This document shows positions 10,446 to 23,199 of a DNA stretch of 64,000 bases, piece after piece (the stretch's first letter is position 1; every line of letters starts with the position of its first letter). The position numbers and the translations under genes are program-made. The stretch is taken from the NCBI GenBank assembly GCA_965112155.1, contig OZ218108.1. One strand, 5' to 3'. The notes beneath the pieces were generated by a model, which was not told the DNA's origin, did not search any database, and was given only the letters and a program-made list of their open reading frames with translations. The DNA is from Podarcis liolepis (Eukaryota).

Positions 10446-11777
10446 AAAACCTCCTCCCTGCCACCAGGACAAGTTAAACATGGCCGTGGACTATTAAAGG
10501 TACTAATGCCGAAACATCCAGTTCTTGCTGCTCGGAAGCTGTTACTGCCCAGCTAACATGATTCCGTTTTTCTCTACTTTTACCAGCTGTATTCAGCGGC
10601 ATTAGCTGAATGTGCTTTTCTGTCTTAGGCTGCAGGCATCTGGAGCCAATGAGGAGCTCCTTGGTGTCCCCATTAGGTCTCCAAGCAAGCTGATAACTGG
10701 CTTTCTAGTTTACCATATCTCAAAAACATGCTTAATTATTCCATATTGAAGAGAATTGCAGTGATTTCATGTTACAGCTATCAGTATATTAGTGACTTTT
10801 GCTCCCTGTTTACCCCTGTCCGGGGGATGATTGGGGCCAGTGTTCTTGCTGCCCCTCCCTAGTTACAGAACTGCTAGTCACTAAAATCATTGCTAAATCT
10901 GCATTCCTCACCTGCATTCCTCATCTCTAGACAATTGGCCCAGCAGGGATCCTGCTTCAAGCATTTTCCTTTCTGCCCAGCCTGTTTTCCAAGGAATAGA
11001 TGGGATTTTCACAGTGTAGCTGCCTTGGGTCCTCTTGCAGATATCTCTGCCTATGTGGGCTGCCAAAAGCCAGGCGGCACTTCAATAGCGGCCCAGAAGC
11101 ATTTGTGCCCCTTCCCTCTTAGAATTCCACAATGGAGAGAGAGAGTGTGGGTGTCTTGTTGAATTAACAGCTCCTGGTGCAGTAACTCCAACCTTATAAT
11201 AATCAGTCACTCCCAAGCAGCAACAGCAATGGGCCCATGTTGTGCTGGAAGACAGGGCTGATTTTTCTAAACGGCAGCTACAACAGGATCCATTCTCAGC
11301 TGCTGGAGAAACTTAAGAATGTGTTAATGAAATGGGAGTGAAGATGAAACCCTCATGTCCCAGAATCCACGTGCAGTTGACATGCTAGGGGCAAACGTTG
11401 TTGTGAGAAGGTGTTGAGCTTAGCAGTTTAGAGGTTCAATGTGCACAAAACTTTTGCTGCCATTCTTAATTTTCTTATGGCCTGTGAACAATTTACAGGA
11501 TGCGCAGCAGATGATGCTATCTGTTCCTGATTGATATATCAGTAGGGTCCAGAGGCTTAGGCCCAGCACAAAAATTGCAAACACAAACTTGGAAGTGGCG
11601 GGCGACTGAGAACAGTGGCTGCAATGTGCAAGAGACATTTGCTTGGCTAGAGTTTCCATTTGATGCGTTGGCCTGGTGTAGTTAGGATTTGCGCTCTCTC
11701 TCTCTCTGTGTGCATGCATTGTGCTGTTTCCTGGTTGCCAAGACCTTTTGACTTACTAATGCCTTGCTCTCTCACAG

Positions 11778-12074
11778 TCCTGCCAGCAGTAGTAAGTTTG
11801 GTTCCTCCTGTAACATCAGTCAGGGAAGCTCTCAGCTGAGTGAGCTGGACCAATATCACGGGAGTGTGCCCTGCTCCGAACACGAGGACGAGCTCGCAGA
11901 AGGGGTGCCTGCTGCTGCTCCTCCTCACCCGACAGAGGGCCCTGCGCCATCTAGCGAGCAGCATGAGCCCCAGGAAGTGCACAGGGAAGGAGAGGGGAAG
12001 GTGAAAGAGCATGCCACACCTCAACTACCTCCTGAAGCAGACGAGCCCAAAGAAGCCACGAAGACACCGGGCAG
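11778..12074 (+). CDS. UNC13B: Exon: ubMunc13-2-type N-terminal linker (S)[27 protein letters not shown]...KTPG
   Basis: ctcacag| acceptor, AG|gtaggt donor; 297 nt, phase 2-2; matches recalled UNC13[29 protein letters not shown]. Confidence 0.92.
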
Positions 12075-12527
12075 GTAGGTGGTGCACATTGGCCATGGAT
12101 TCCTGGGAGTTGAACTTGAGGTCATTTTTCTGGTTGATCTTGGGAGAGACAAACAGGATATGGGTGTAGTGCCATAGCTGGTTTTGAGTAGTCCACTGGT
12201 GTCTAGGGTCAGAAAGGGTAGGGCAAACATCATTAAATAAATCTAATTAATCCTCCCCTTCATCATCCTCATCATTTTACACCCATCCAGTGACTAATGT
12301 GGTGCATTCCTTACAGGGTTCTCTACCACAGTCCCTGTTGGCCACACTTTCTGTTCTTTCCATGCCATTCTCTGTGTTTTGCTGGCCATCCCAGGTCTCT
12401 TGGGGCCAACTGTTCTCAGCGTTTGTTCCCACCATTACAATAAAAGCTTCTTTTCATGTGTTGAGTTTCATGAGACTGCTCTTGAGTTTCCAGCACTCAT
12501 TTTTTCCTTGTTTTTCTTTTTTGCAAG

Positions 12528-12618
12528 TCACCTTGACGAAAATGAACTTCTCCTTCTTCCCGCTGCAAGAGCCCGCTGGATCCGAGCCATTAATAAAGTG
12601 CGGCTTCAATTTGAAGAG
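12528..12618 (+). CDS. UNC13B: Exon: calmodulin-binding helix (ARARWIRAINKVRLQFEE)
   Basis: Long T-rich tract + AAG acceptor, GAG|gtaggg donor; 91 nt, phase 2-0; Munc13-1/ubMunc13-2 CaM motif with anchor Trp. Confidence 0.9.
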
Positions 12619-13997
12619 GTAGGGCCCGCGAAATGTCCCTTCCCCCATCCTTCCACCTGTGTCTGTGCTTGTAAACCTTGCCATGACTGTTGTCTGAAGG
12701 TTCCTTTGCTTGTCTAAGGGAGACACCGTTCTGGGGCAACTGCACAAATGGTGCATGTTCCTCTCTGGTACCAACAACTTGCTGAAGTTGACTGTGGTGG
12801 GCTTAATTTGTTGACCCCACGGCAGAGGGGTGCAGAACTTGTGCCCCACCAGATTTTGTTGGACTCTCTCCTCAGCCCCAACAGCCAACAGGGCTGGGAT
12901 TGGGGCGAAGTTGGAGCTCAGCGACATCTGGGGGCACCAAGTTGGCTACCTGTGTTGTGTAGAAGAACCAGAATTATTTATGGAAGTGTTGCGTTGACAT
13001 CACTGTTCCTGTGTCTGTAGTTTGTCTTCTGAGGCCCTTCTCTATGTTCCCTTTCCCCAAAAGGTTTGGAGGGTGACAACACAAGAAAGGGCCTTTTTTG
13101 TCGTGCCCCCCCGTTTGTGGAATGCTCTCTCCAGATGCTTTCCCAACCCGTTGTGGGTGTGTGGGAGAGGAGACCCTTCCATGAACTACTGTGCTGCTCC
13201 TGGCGGCCTCCCAAGAGCACCCAGAAGCCGAGTGTTGTCTGAACAGGCCGAAGCAGAGAGTGGCAGCAGGTTCCCTCTCTGCCCCGTGTTGTTGTTGTCT
13301 TGTGCCATTTGGATGCTGCCCTGGCCAGCGGAAGGCCATTGATGTGCCCCGAATCAAAATAGGCTCTCATGTTTGCAACCTTGCCGTTTTAGATGGATCA
13401 GAATTTACACAATGTCACCGGGCTCTTCTGCGAGTGGGCTTAGCATTGCAACTGTGTTGTTGAGGTATCACAAAAGGGTCCTTGGCAGCAATGATATTTT
13501 TCATGGAAAGGGGAAATCTGAGCTAAATGTGGGGAAAATACGGGGTAGCAGTTTTAGGGGTTTCTTTAAAACAAGAGCATGCAAAAGGAGCCCCTATCTA
13601 ACACTGATGTCAGGCTTTCTTAGCAGTTTCTCATGCAGGGCAGAAACTGTGTTTTGCTACACAGAGTATCAAAACACTTTTTTAATTCTTAAGCAAGTCA
13701 GAAGCCTGTTGAGTTGAATTAAAAGATCCTGACGGGTGTAAGAAATGTGAGATATTTACAAAAAGCCGTCAACCCAAGAGCTTTAACAGAACAACCCGGC
13801 GAGTTTGTCTGTCTTCTGAAAAATGCTGCTTTGAATCATTTAGTAAATTGTTTTGAAAAGTAAAACTCTCAAGAGCACTGGAGGCTTCTGCGCACAAAGA
13901 GAATTGGTGGTGTGTGAACGACAAGCGGCTCTTGATGGCTGCAAGCAGACCCCTCGTGCCTTCAAGTGCCTCCCTCCATCTGCTTTCTTGTGGGGCA

Positions 13998-14197
13998 NNN
14001 NNNNNNNNNNNNNNNNNNNNNNNNNNNNNNNNNNNNNNNNNNNNNNNNNNNNNNNNNNNNNNNNNNNNNNNNNNNNNNNNNNNNNNNNNNNNNNNNNNNN
14101 NNNNNNNNNNNNNNNNNNNNNNNNNNNNNNNNNNNNNNNNNNNNNNNNNNNNNNNNNNNNNNNNNNNNNNNNNNNNNNNNNNNNNNNNNNNNNNNNN
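13998..14197. other. Assembly gap (200 N)
   Basis: Run of exactly 200 N; a round number suggests a scaffolding placeholder of unknown true size. Confidence 0.98.
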
Positions 14198-15012
14198 AGG
14201 TCCAAATCAGTTTGCCACCGAGGGAAAGGAGGCATTGGGCATTGGGCCTGTAGGGCAGCAGACTCTTCTGCTCTCCTGCTGCTGCCCCAATGGGCAGAGG
14301 TGATGGAAATGGTAGCCCAACAGCAGTTGGGGGGCCACAGGTCAGAATCAGATCATTTTGAAGCCCAAACCTGTCTAAGGCTCTCATCCCAAATCCACAG
14401 ATAATCTTCTCCCCCATCTGAGAGAGGGGTCTGGAATGGGAAGGGCTTTCTCCTCCTCCTCGCTGGCTCTCCTGATCAGCAGATGCTTTTCTCTTTTAAA
14501 ATGTAGATTACAGGAGTCTGAAGAGCTTTCCTGTTGTGGCTCTTTGGAGTTCAAAGAGTGTGCTGCCATGATGGCCTGATGAATTCTGACACCTTCCCCA
14601 TTGCTGCTTGCCATGCCTCTTTGGAGGAAAGAAGAGAACAAAACCTGATTTAATTTGTACATGGGATGGATTTGAGCAAGGCGCCCTTGATTTCAGAACT
14701 GTCAGGGGCGCCTGTGCTGTGTAACCTGAACTGACGGGAATAATTCACAGATTTAAAGCCGCACAAAAGCCGCTCGGCATTCAGTCACGTCAAGGTTATT
14801 CCTTGTAGCGTGGAGCATTTCTTGCCTTGTTGAACTGATGTGTTTTTAGGTGTTGGTTTCTCCAGGCCAAGGCAAGATCCTGCTTTGCCCGCGTGATTCT
14901 TAAGTCTGCAGGAGGCCTCACCCGGGTCCCTCAAGAGCATCTGGCTGACAGATTATAACATGTGGCGTGCCATCACTGCTTGCCCTCATTCATTTCCCCC
15001 TTTGCTTTCTAG

Positions 15013-15091
15013 GCCAGCCGGGGGTCTCTATGGCATCGACAGCATGCCTGACCTGCGCAAGAAGAAGCCCACCCCACTCGTCAGTGACCTG
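15013..15091 (+). CDS. UNC13B: Exon: [26 protein letters not shown]
   Basis: tttctag| acceptor, CTG|gtgaga donor; 79 nt, phase 2-0; conserved Munc13 motif. Confidence 0.95.
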
Positions 15092-16785
15092 GTGAGACTT
15101 CCTGCCCCCCATCTCCCCTCCATGAATATAATGGAAGTGGTATTTACTGCTTTTCCTTCACGTGCAGAAATGCTATAGGAACAAGACTCTTATGATGAGT
15201 TAGACCTGGATAATGTGGATTCCTGGCAAACTCTCATTTGAAAAGCTGCAGCTTCTTGATGGAGCAAGTTTTCTCTGGAGGCCTCTGCGTGGCAGTCTCC
15301 TGCCCTCAGTCCAGCTAAGCTAAAAGCGAGGAAGGCAGGGAAGAGACAGATCTTTTCCCAAGCATTTCCTCTGTTTTGTAGACTCTGAAACAAATGTGTT
15401 AGTCACGTTTGCCTCTCTCTGCTGTGTGGATGTATTTTGCAGACTCTCCCCTTTTCAAGTCTTGCTTGTTTCGCTTTATATGCTGCTTCCACCGTTCAGC
15501 ATTTATTTAGCCCTCCCAGGGTCTTGTGTGCCACATGCAACTTGGAAATGACCTGGTCTCTTGTCCAGATGAGGGCTCTGTCTCTTCCACCCAATCCGAC
15601 ACTGATTTCTTGAAGAAAGGCCTCACTCGTGACTGAAGGGCTGGCTTTCATGCCTTGCATTTGGCACAGAAAGGCGGTGGAGAGATTATCAGAGTCAGTA
15701 AATCAAGGCGATGTAAATCTTTGTCCAAAACACACCAGAAAACATCAAAGCGGGAGTCATGGGCAGTGGGTGAAGGCAGGGGCGGTGCTCTAAGAGGGGG
15801 GTACAAATTTGGAAAGAGAATTGGCTACATACAGCAGGTTTAAAACTAGGCATCAGGAAGAGCCTTGTTCTGAACAACTCATGTATTGGAAACTGGTGAA
15901 AAGGGGATGACAAACAAGTTGTGGAGATTTCTTTATATAGAGGAATCGTGCCATTTGGTTGGCTACAGTGGCATAGTGTGGTGGGCAGGGTCACAGGGGC
16001 AGCTGGCCTGGGTGCAGAAGTCTTTAAGGTGCAAAATTTTGAAAGGAAGAAAAGAAAAAGTAGCAATAATAAATCAATCGTAGTCCCTCCCCCTCACACA
16101 GAAAATTCCCCAAAGTTCACAGGGTGGACTGAGGAGAGGATTTGGGCGACAGCTGGTTGCTAGGGTGCCCCCTGAAGGGCTTTAGAAAGATCCCAATCCC
16201 CTGTCCTGTTCTCCGCCATGCTTGATACTCACAGGGCACCGCTGCTGCCGCTCAGGTAGGTCACTGAGCTATTGCCCCTTCGTTCCACCCTATCAGTGGG
16301 CAGTGCCAAGGATACTTGCCTTGCCCTGGGTTCTGGCAACTCACGCTAGGCCACTGGTTGGTTATAAGGCTTCCATAGTTTTTCAGAGCTGCACAATTAA
16401 AAGCAAGAAAGGTTTCGATTAACATTACTGAGACTTAACAACAGATTTCAGGAACACACTAGATGAGCACAAGAGTCCTTCCACTTCCTTATCAGTAGCA
16501 TTGACCAAGGCCAATGTCACCAATTCCTCTAGACGCTGAGATGGGAGTAGTATTTCCTAAACATTTCTGCAAAAGGAAAGGAAAGCCGTGAACTTAGTTT
16601 CTGCACTGGCAGCAAGATCCGTCTTGCTTAATCCACACAGCGTAGAATAATAGCTACCTGGAGAATTGCATCTGTAACCTTGCAAAGAGGAAGCCTGGGC
16701 AATGTGTTTGTAGCTTCAGTGATGGGGGGACTAATGGAATTAACCTGTTATGCTTCTCTTGTATGCTGACATTCTCTTCCTACAG

Positions 16786-16791
16786 GCCATG
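16786..16791 (+). CDS. UTR-free: 6-nt microexon GCCATG (Ala-Met)
   Basis: gctgac (branch-like) + attctcttcctacag|GCCATG|gtaagt; phase 0-0; yields LVSDL-AM-SLVQSRK, the sequence seen in Munc13-1. Confidence 0.9.
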
Positions 16792-17724
16792 GTAAGTGGA
16801 GATCCAACCGTACACTCCTTCCTACAACCACCTATTTAGTTGCATTTCCCTTTCTGGTGGCTGCCCCCCCTTTTGTTTATTTCTGCAGCTTTCTCAATGG
16901 AGATAGCCTGCCACAATCCCCTTCCTTGCCCATCAGTGCCTTCAGGATCCCACACAGTCCTGCTGTGAAATGACCCTAGTTCTGGGGGCTTGGGCCACCT
17001 TCAGAGTGAGCATCATCACCTTGCCTGAGGGGCTCCGTGGATGAGGCCCTGATCTGCCTCCTGGCCCCCCTGTGCACTTGGCAGTGGGAGCAGCCAGTGG
17101 GCAAGCTCATTTCAGTCAGTGCTGAATATGGCATGCGGACGGATCCAGACATGCATGCCCACTTCTCCCTTTCTCAACCCTCCATGCGTGGTGCCTGCCC
17201 CTTCTGGTCCTCTTGCACGGAGGAGAATTGCTGGTTTCCCCCACTCACAGCCTGCGGGGATGGTCCAAATTGTATCCTGCAATGGAAGAGGCCAGCTTCC
17301 TTGAAGGCTGCCCTCAAAACGTTGGGCAAAAATCTATCTGTTGGGGATCCTTTGGGTACATCTTGCCTTTTTTCCCAAGCAAGAGGCTGGATTCAGTAGG
17401 TCTGTTGGATCCCTTTATGTGATCCCCCTTGGACCTTCCTTCTGTGCCCTGCCTGTGACACGAGGAAGGGCCGACTAGCAACTCTTCCTCTCAGGGGCAG
17501 AGGAGCTGTGGTGGGAATGGCAGAGCAGGCAAGGCTGCTGGAGCGAGGAAGCCTCTTCTCTCCTGCTGCACTCCTGTTAGTTTGGCTTCCTGCCCTCCCT
17601 TCAAGGAGCTCAGGGTGTCTGACTTGGGGGTCAGCAACATGCGCAGAGACCACCCTGAGCTGTGAACGATGCTCTTGAAAGAAGCACAAGGGTGCAGAGT
17701 AACTGAGGCTGCTTTCTTTCCCAG

Positions 17725-17799
17725 TCGCTGGTCCAGTCCCGGAAGGCCGGAATTACCTCAGCCATGGCCACCCGAACTTCTCTCAAGGACGAGGAGCTG
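17725..17799 (+). CDS. UNC13B: Exon: SLVQSRKAGITSAMATRTSLKDEEL
   Basis: tttcccag| acceptor, CTG|gtaagg donor; 75 nt, phase 0-0. Confidence 0.96.
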
Positions 17800-18663
17800 G
17801 TAAGGGAGCCGGAGAGCTCGCCTCCGCCTTCTGGCAGGCCCCGGCCTGTGGTCCGAGTGCCCCTCGCGCTCTCCGTGGAGCACAAAAGCCGGCTCAGAGC
17901 GAAGCTGGCGTGGAAAGTCCGCCCTCGTCGGCACAGGCGAGATCAAAATAGCATGAAAGGGGGAGACTTTCAAAGGCAGCCAAGAGAGCTGAACTTGCTC
18001 CCACAGAACAGCCATTACAAGAACAATGGGGGGTGTGCCGGGGGGGGGCGGTTAATTACCTACGTGGGACTGCTGAAAGGAAAAGCAGCAGCACCTGAGG
18101 AGACGGAACAGAGCGGCTCTCGCGCTGCTGCTTCCATCAAGTCTCCTGCTCCTTGCCTGTCCTTTGAAAGTGCTGCCCAGGGCCCGGCTCTTAGGGGCGA
18201 TGGGGCGGGGGCCATGGAGGGCTCCCCACACGCTGCCACCGCAACACAATGCAGGCATTGCTGGTCTGGTCAGTTGCCGGGCCTTGTTGAAAGGAAGCTC
18301 ACAGGAGAGGAGGGCTCTGCTTGCTCAGTCTACGTGGATCAGGCCCCACCACTCTGGCTTTGGTTACCAGGGGCAGCTAGCACACTCGAGGAGCTCTTCT
18401 CCTGCAATGAAGTATTTCCCCCCCCCCCCGGCCTCTTTTGGTTTGGAAATGCTGGCCCTGAACACGTCCTTGCTGAGTTTGGCAAGGAGCTGTTCGCTGT
18501 AAGTGCTGCTCTCTGCGCGCTGCCTGGAAGGGCGGCTCTGCTTCAGGGCTGACCCCAGCAGGCATCCCATAAATCTGGCAGGTGTGGCCGGGTCCCGTAT
18601 TCTGTCCCTTCAAGAAAACGGGGCCTGATCCCTAAACGAAACAATTGCAGCCGCTCGTGCTGA

Positions 18664-18936
<273 letters not shown>

Positions 18937-21900
18937 TAGCCCCTCCCTTTCCTGTGGGGCAAGAACTGCTAGGGGTAGAGGGGGCGGGCTGTAGGGCAGC
19001 CACGTTTGTTGCGTTTCTCAGTGGCTTGTTTTTGAGGAATGAGGCAAATGAATGGAAAGGCTTAAAAAATGGGGGCGAGGAAATGGAGAGAAGGCTCTTG
19101 AGATTCTGAACAGTGGGTCTCCCTGGTGATGGTGCTTCGTCTGCTCTGGATGGGGCTGGGTAATGGGTGCCCCCCCAAGTGTTGTTGGGCTACAGCTCCC
19201 CTTGTCCCATGGGGCCTGGGGGCGCAGGAGAGTTGGAGTCCAGCAGCACCTGCCGTGGGGCAATCAGGTGAGCCAGCTCTGCCCTGCAGGAGGTGGAGAT
19301 GTTCTTCAACCCAGCCTTGGCACAGGAGACCCAAGTGACCTCAGTGACCAGAAGGACCTTGTAAACAGCTGTGTCCTCTCTAGACGGAGAGCATCTGACT
19401 GCTTGGTAACCTCCCCTCTGGATCTGACCTAGTCCACTGTTGTTCACTGATGTCATCTGTCCTGGGAGGGCCCCCCTTTTTTTTTTTCCTTTTTGTTGAA
19501 GGAAAAGCCAAAATAAAATAAGTTTACTCTTGTGGGTTTCTGTCTGTATCACAAATAGAAAGCTGTGTTTTTGTCTTTCTCTTCTTGGAGGAGAGGTCTC
19601 TTTCCCCCTCCATGGGGAAAACAAGCTGTTTCCTTGTTAGCTTCTGACTGCTTTGGCCTCCTGTCTTTGGGAAGAGTTAAAGCTCAGAAAAGCTGACACT
19701 TTGGGCAGTAGCTTTGTTCTGGGCTGGCCCCATCCCTCTTCCTTGAAGGACATCAATGCTCAGCCTGGCTTTGTGTTTCCTTCTTGCCTCTGCTCTTGGC
19801 ACCTGAATGTTTTAGCCAAGTAGCATTTTGGTCTCGGTGGATCACTTTGAATATAATTTCAGCCATGGAGTCCCAGGAGGAGTTGCCTCTTGCTTTTGTG
19901 TGGTGTGTGCAAATTGCCTCCTTTGTCTTGTGAAGGACAGATGGCTCTGTGAGGGAGGTAAAAAAGAAAAAGAAGTCCACCTGGTTTGCAGCTTCACAGA
20001 AATAGAAATCTCACATTTTGAATGCAACAGGTGCGGCAGATGCATTGATGCCCAGATGGCAAATCCTGCAGGGAAGCTATGAGGCCTAATTTTGGTTTGG
20101 TTTTCTGAGAGTTGACCCACTGCTGGCAGTTTGCTGAGGCTGCCTGCTCAGCCTGTCTTTTCCTAGAGTTGAACTAGACAGGTCATTGCTGCTTGGTATT
20201 ATTCATCTGAATCACGACCATGGTTTGTCAAGAGGCCTGCTTTCTGAATGCAGAAAGGAAATCTGTGGGGTGTGTGGAACAGGGCAGAGATGAGAGACCA
20301 TAATCCAGGACCTTGGCAAAGCACTTAGAGGGAGTGTCCTGCAGTGGACAAATTAGGCTGAATCCTTGCCATGTCTGTTGCTGTGTCTTCCTCTCTGCTG
20401 CATGAGAACTCTTGCGCCCGGAGAAGCAGCAAAGTTTGTGCAGTAATTTAGATGGCAAGAGTCTGCAGCTGCAAATGTCAACATTTAGAGAAGGGAGCAA
20501 GTTCACTCCCACCAGAAGTCAAGTCTGTTCCTCTGCAGGTTGTTCCCTTTTCTATCTGTGACTTGAAGTGGCTGTGAGTGAGCATTGTTGTGGTCCCAAC
20601 CAAGGAGGAGCCGGTGGAGCCAGGCAGGTGGGCTTCCGCAGCACCAAGGAGAGCTCCCAGTGAGCAACTTGCTCCAAAGAGGGTTGGAGGTGGAACTGTG
20701 GCCCTTTCAAGCCCACAAATCTGCCCCTCCGAGGTTCTGACCCCTTTTGGAGTAGTAGACCTTCTGTGGTCTGAACACAAGCGCTTCTCCTGCACTCCAT
20801 GGCTGGTGCTGTCAGACTGTCTAGGCAGCAGGGGAGGCACTGGGTTCCTTGAGCCCCGGGAGAAGGCGCCCAGGATGGTCCAGACTCTGGTTCTGTAGGT
20901 GCTTGGGCATCCAGCTGGGAGCCAGATACCTGGTCCAGCCTCAGCTGCTGACACTGCGGCCTCCTCTCAGGGCAGGAGCAACGGTTCACAGGGGCTCAGA
21001 ACAGTTGCTTGTATGCCATGAATGCCATGACCTGGGATCATGATTTGGACATACATAAAAATCTGTACACTTCGGGATCCTCTTGCAGGAGAACCAAGGA
21101 TTGAAAACAGACTCTGCCATTTGGATGCCCCCTTTTCTTGGGTTTCATATCCTTATTTCTTAAGTCGTGGTTTGAGCACACTTTATCTTGGTCTGGTTCT
21201 GCGCCATTTTGAATTGAGTTTGATAGTAGCATGTAGCTTGCCTACGTTCAGTTAAGGTCTGGAGCCCCATCACAAAGCATCCTCAACCCCCCCCCCCGGC
21301 AGAGCAGAGGGGAGAGACTATTTTCCCCAATGAAGATAAGGGGGGAGAGGAGGGTGCCCCCCTCCCTGGCGCATCTGGCAGGGCTTGCAGCATCCTTGAC
21401 TCAAACCCTGGAAGCCAACCAGCCGCTTTGGGAGCTGGCTCACTTCCGACTCCGCTCTGGTTGTTTGAGCAAAAGGGGCAGCTTGATGCAGCTGGGAATT
21501 CTCGTTCTCTTCCTCTTACAAACCTTGGTGCGGAGTGTTCAGGCGGTGATTGAAGTGCAGCCTTTGTGAGCGCCAGTTTCGTCACAGGCTCTCTGTCAAG
21601 AAATGTTTGGGCAGCAGAAGGAACGCTGGTTTTTATTTTAAATCACAAAGCCTATTTTAGGGTTCCAAGAACAAATCATTTTCAGGCATTACCCTCCTAC
21701 CTAACAGATGTCCCCCATACCATCAGCAGGAGGAAGGTGCACATTTCTCCACTAAGGCAAATGGCACTTGGGGGAAAACTCCTAAGGGGATCCCCAGTTC
21801 CTGTGCAGCAAGCACGTTCTGTTGGGGGCTTCCCTCTCCTTGTGACCACCCTGCGCAAGATGCTGGGGGAGCCAGAAGCCACGGGGGGGGGGTGTTCTCC

Positions 21901-22305
21901 TGAGGCTGGGATCCTGTTCTGTCATCTGGCCAGGAAAAGACCTTTAAGTTACAGGCTAGCAGGATCCCCTTTCCCCCTACTCAGCCTCTACTTATAAACG
22001 CTGTTTCTGTCTGCCTGTCTGTGTGTGCCCATGCACCACTCCATGTTTGCAGCTCTCCCATTAGCAAGAAGTACTCTGTTTCTGACTGCTACATAGCTAT
22101 CGCATTTGAGCCTTGGGTGGCATCGGGAATCTCAGTCTTGCATATCACACAGCCCTGACTTAGGGGAACTGAGTTGGGTCCTACTTCCTGGAAAGCTAGC
22201 ATGATTCCAAGAGCAGTTTTGCTCCCCAGCCCTCTTTCCGGCCAGATCGAAGGGGTCAGCTCCTTGCCAGCCTTCCCTTGCTAATCCTTTCCGCCTTGTT
22301 TGCAG

Positions 22306-22533
22306 GAGCAGCAGAGAAGTCCTCGAAGCATGGGGCCGAGGATCGCACCCAGAACATCATCATGGCCATGAAGGATCGCATGAAGATCCGAGAGAGGAAC
22401 AAACCAGAGATCTTTGATCTGATCAGAGATGTCTTCAGTGAGAGCAAAATGACCCACTCTCAGCAGATGAAGACGGTCAAGCAGAGCGTTCTGGACGGTA
22501 CCTCCAAGTGGTCAGCCAAAATCACCATCACAG
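22306..22533 (+). CDS. UNC13B: Exon: C1-C2B linker ([15 protein letters not shown]...WSAKITIT)
   Basis: tttgcag| acceptor, ACAG|gtcagc donor; 228 nt, phase 1-1. Confidence 0.96.
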
Positions 22534-22648
22534 GTCAGCAAGGCGGCCTGAGCCGTTGGGGGGGGGTGAAGGTGCCTTCGCTGCCCCTGGAACTGCCTCA
22601 TGTGTTTCTTTAGCTGTGCCGTCTTGGTACAATGATGTCTTTTTCTGA

Positions 22649-22813
<165 letters not shown>

Positions 22814-22945
22814 TAAGTATTTGTGTGCCGTTTTTTCCATTCTTCTTTCATAGATTCCTGTGTTGTCCTTTTTGTTTACAAAACCCCTGGGGGGGGGCAA
22901 ATACCCACCAAATATCTCAATAATAATAAAAAGGCCAAAAGTTGT

Positions 22946-22995
22946 TGATGATGGTGGTGGTGGTGGTGATAATAATAGAAATAATAATAATAATA
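22946..22995. repeat. Compound trinucleotide microsatellite (GAT/GGT/AAT)
   Basis: gatgatggtggtggtggtggtgataataatagaaataataataataat. Confidence 0.85.
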
Positions 22996-23199
22996 TAATC
23001 TATTTAGCCCTGATTCAAGATAGCAGCATCCAGGGGCACAAGAAGGGGTAGCCAGCCAGCCAGCCAGCCACAGGCATTTCTGGAGAAAGACAATTGAAAG
23101 GGGCCCAGTTGTCTGGCTTCTTGTCTGGTTTGTGTAGTGAGATTGCTTGGTAGAGGCAGGAGGTACAACTGTGGTGATCATCTGAATCACCTGCTGGAG

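Noticed and set aside
12491-12527. Upstream CAG (12493) as acceptor for the CaM exon
   Set aside because: It adds 34 nt and shifts frame; the AAG at 12527 follows the pyrimidine tract and keeps the motif in frame
14300-14340. 41-nt stretch (VMEMVAQQQLGGH, donor CAG|gtcaga) with the right phase to bridge the CaM and PAGG exons
   Set aside because: Poor acceptor (GAG directly after another AG) and no similarity to the expected peptide; kept only as a fallback
13840-14417. ORFs spanning the N run
   Set aside because: Artefacts of translating N
17764-18552. 262-aa ORF
   Set aside because: Only the first 12 codons are exonic; the rest is read-through into GC-rich intron past a strong donor
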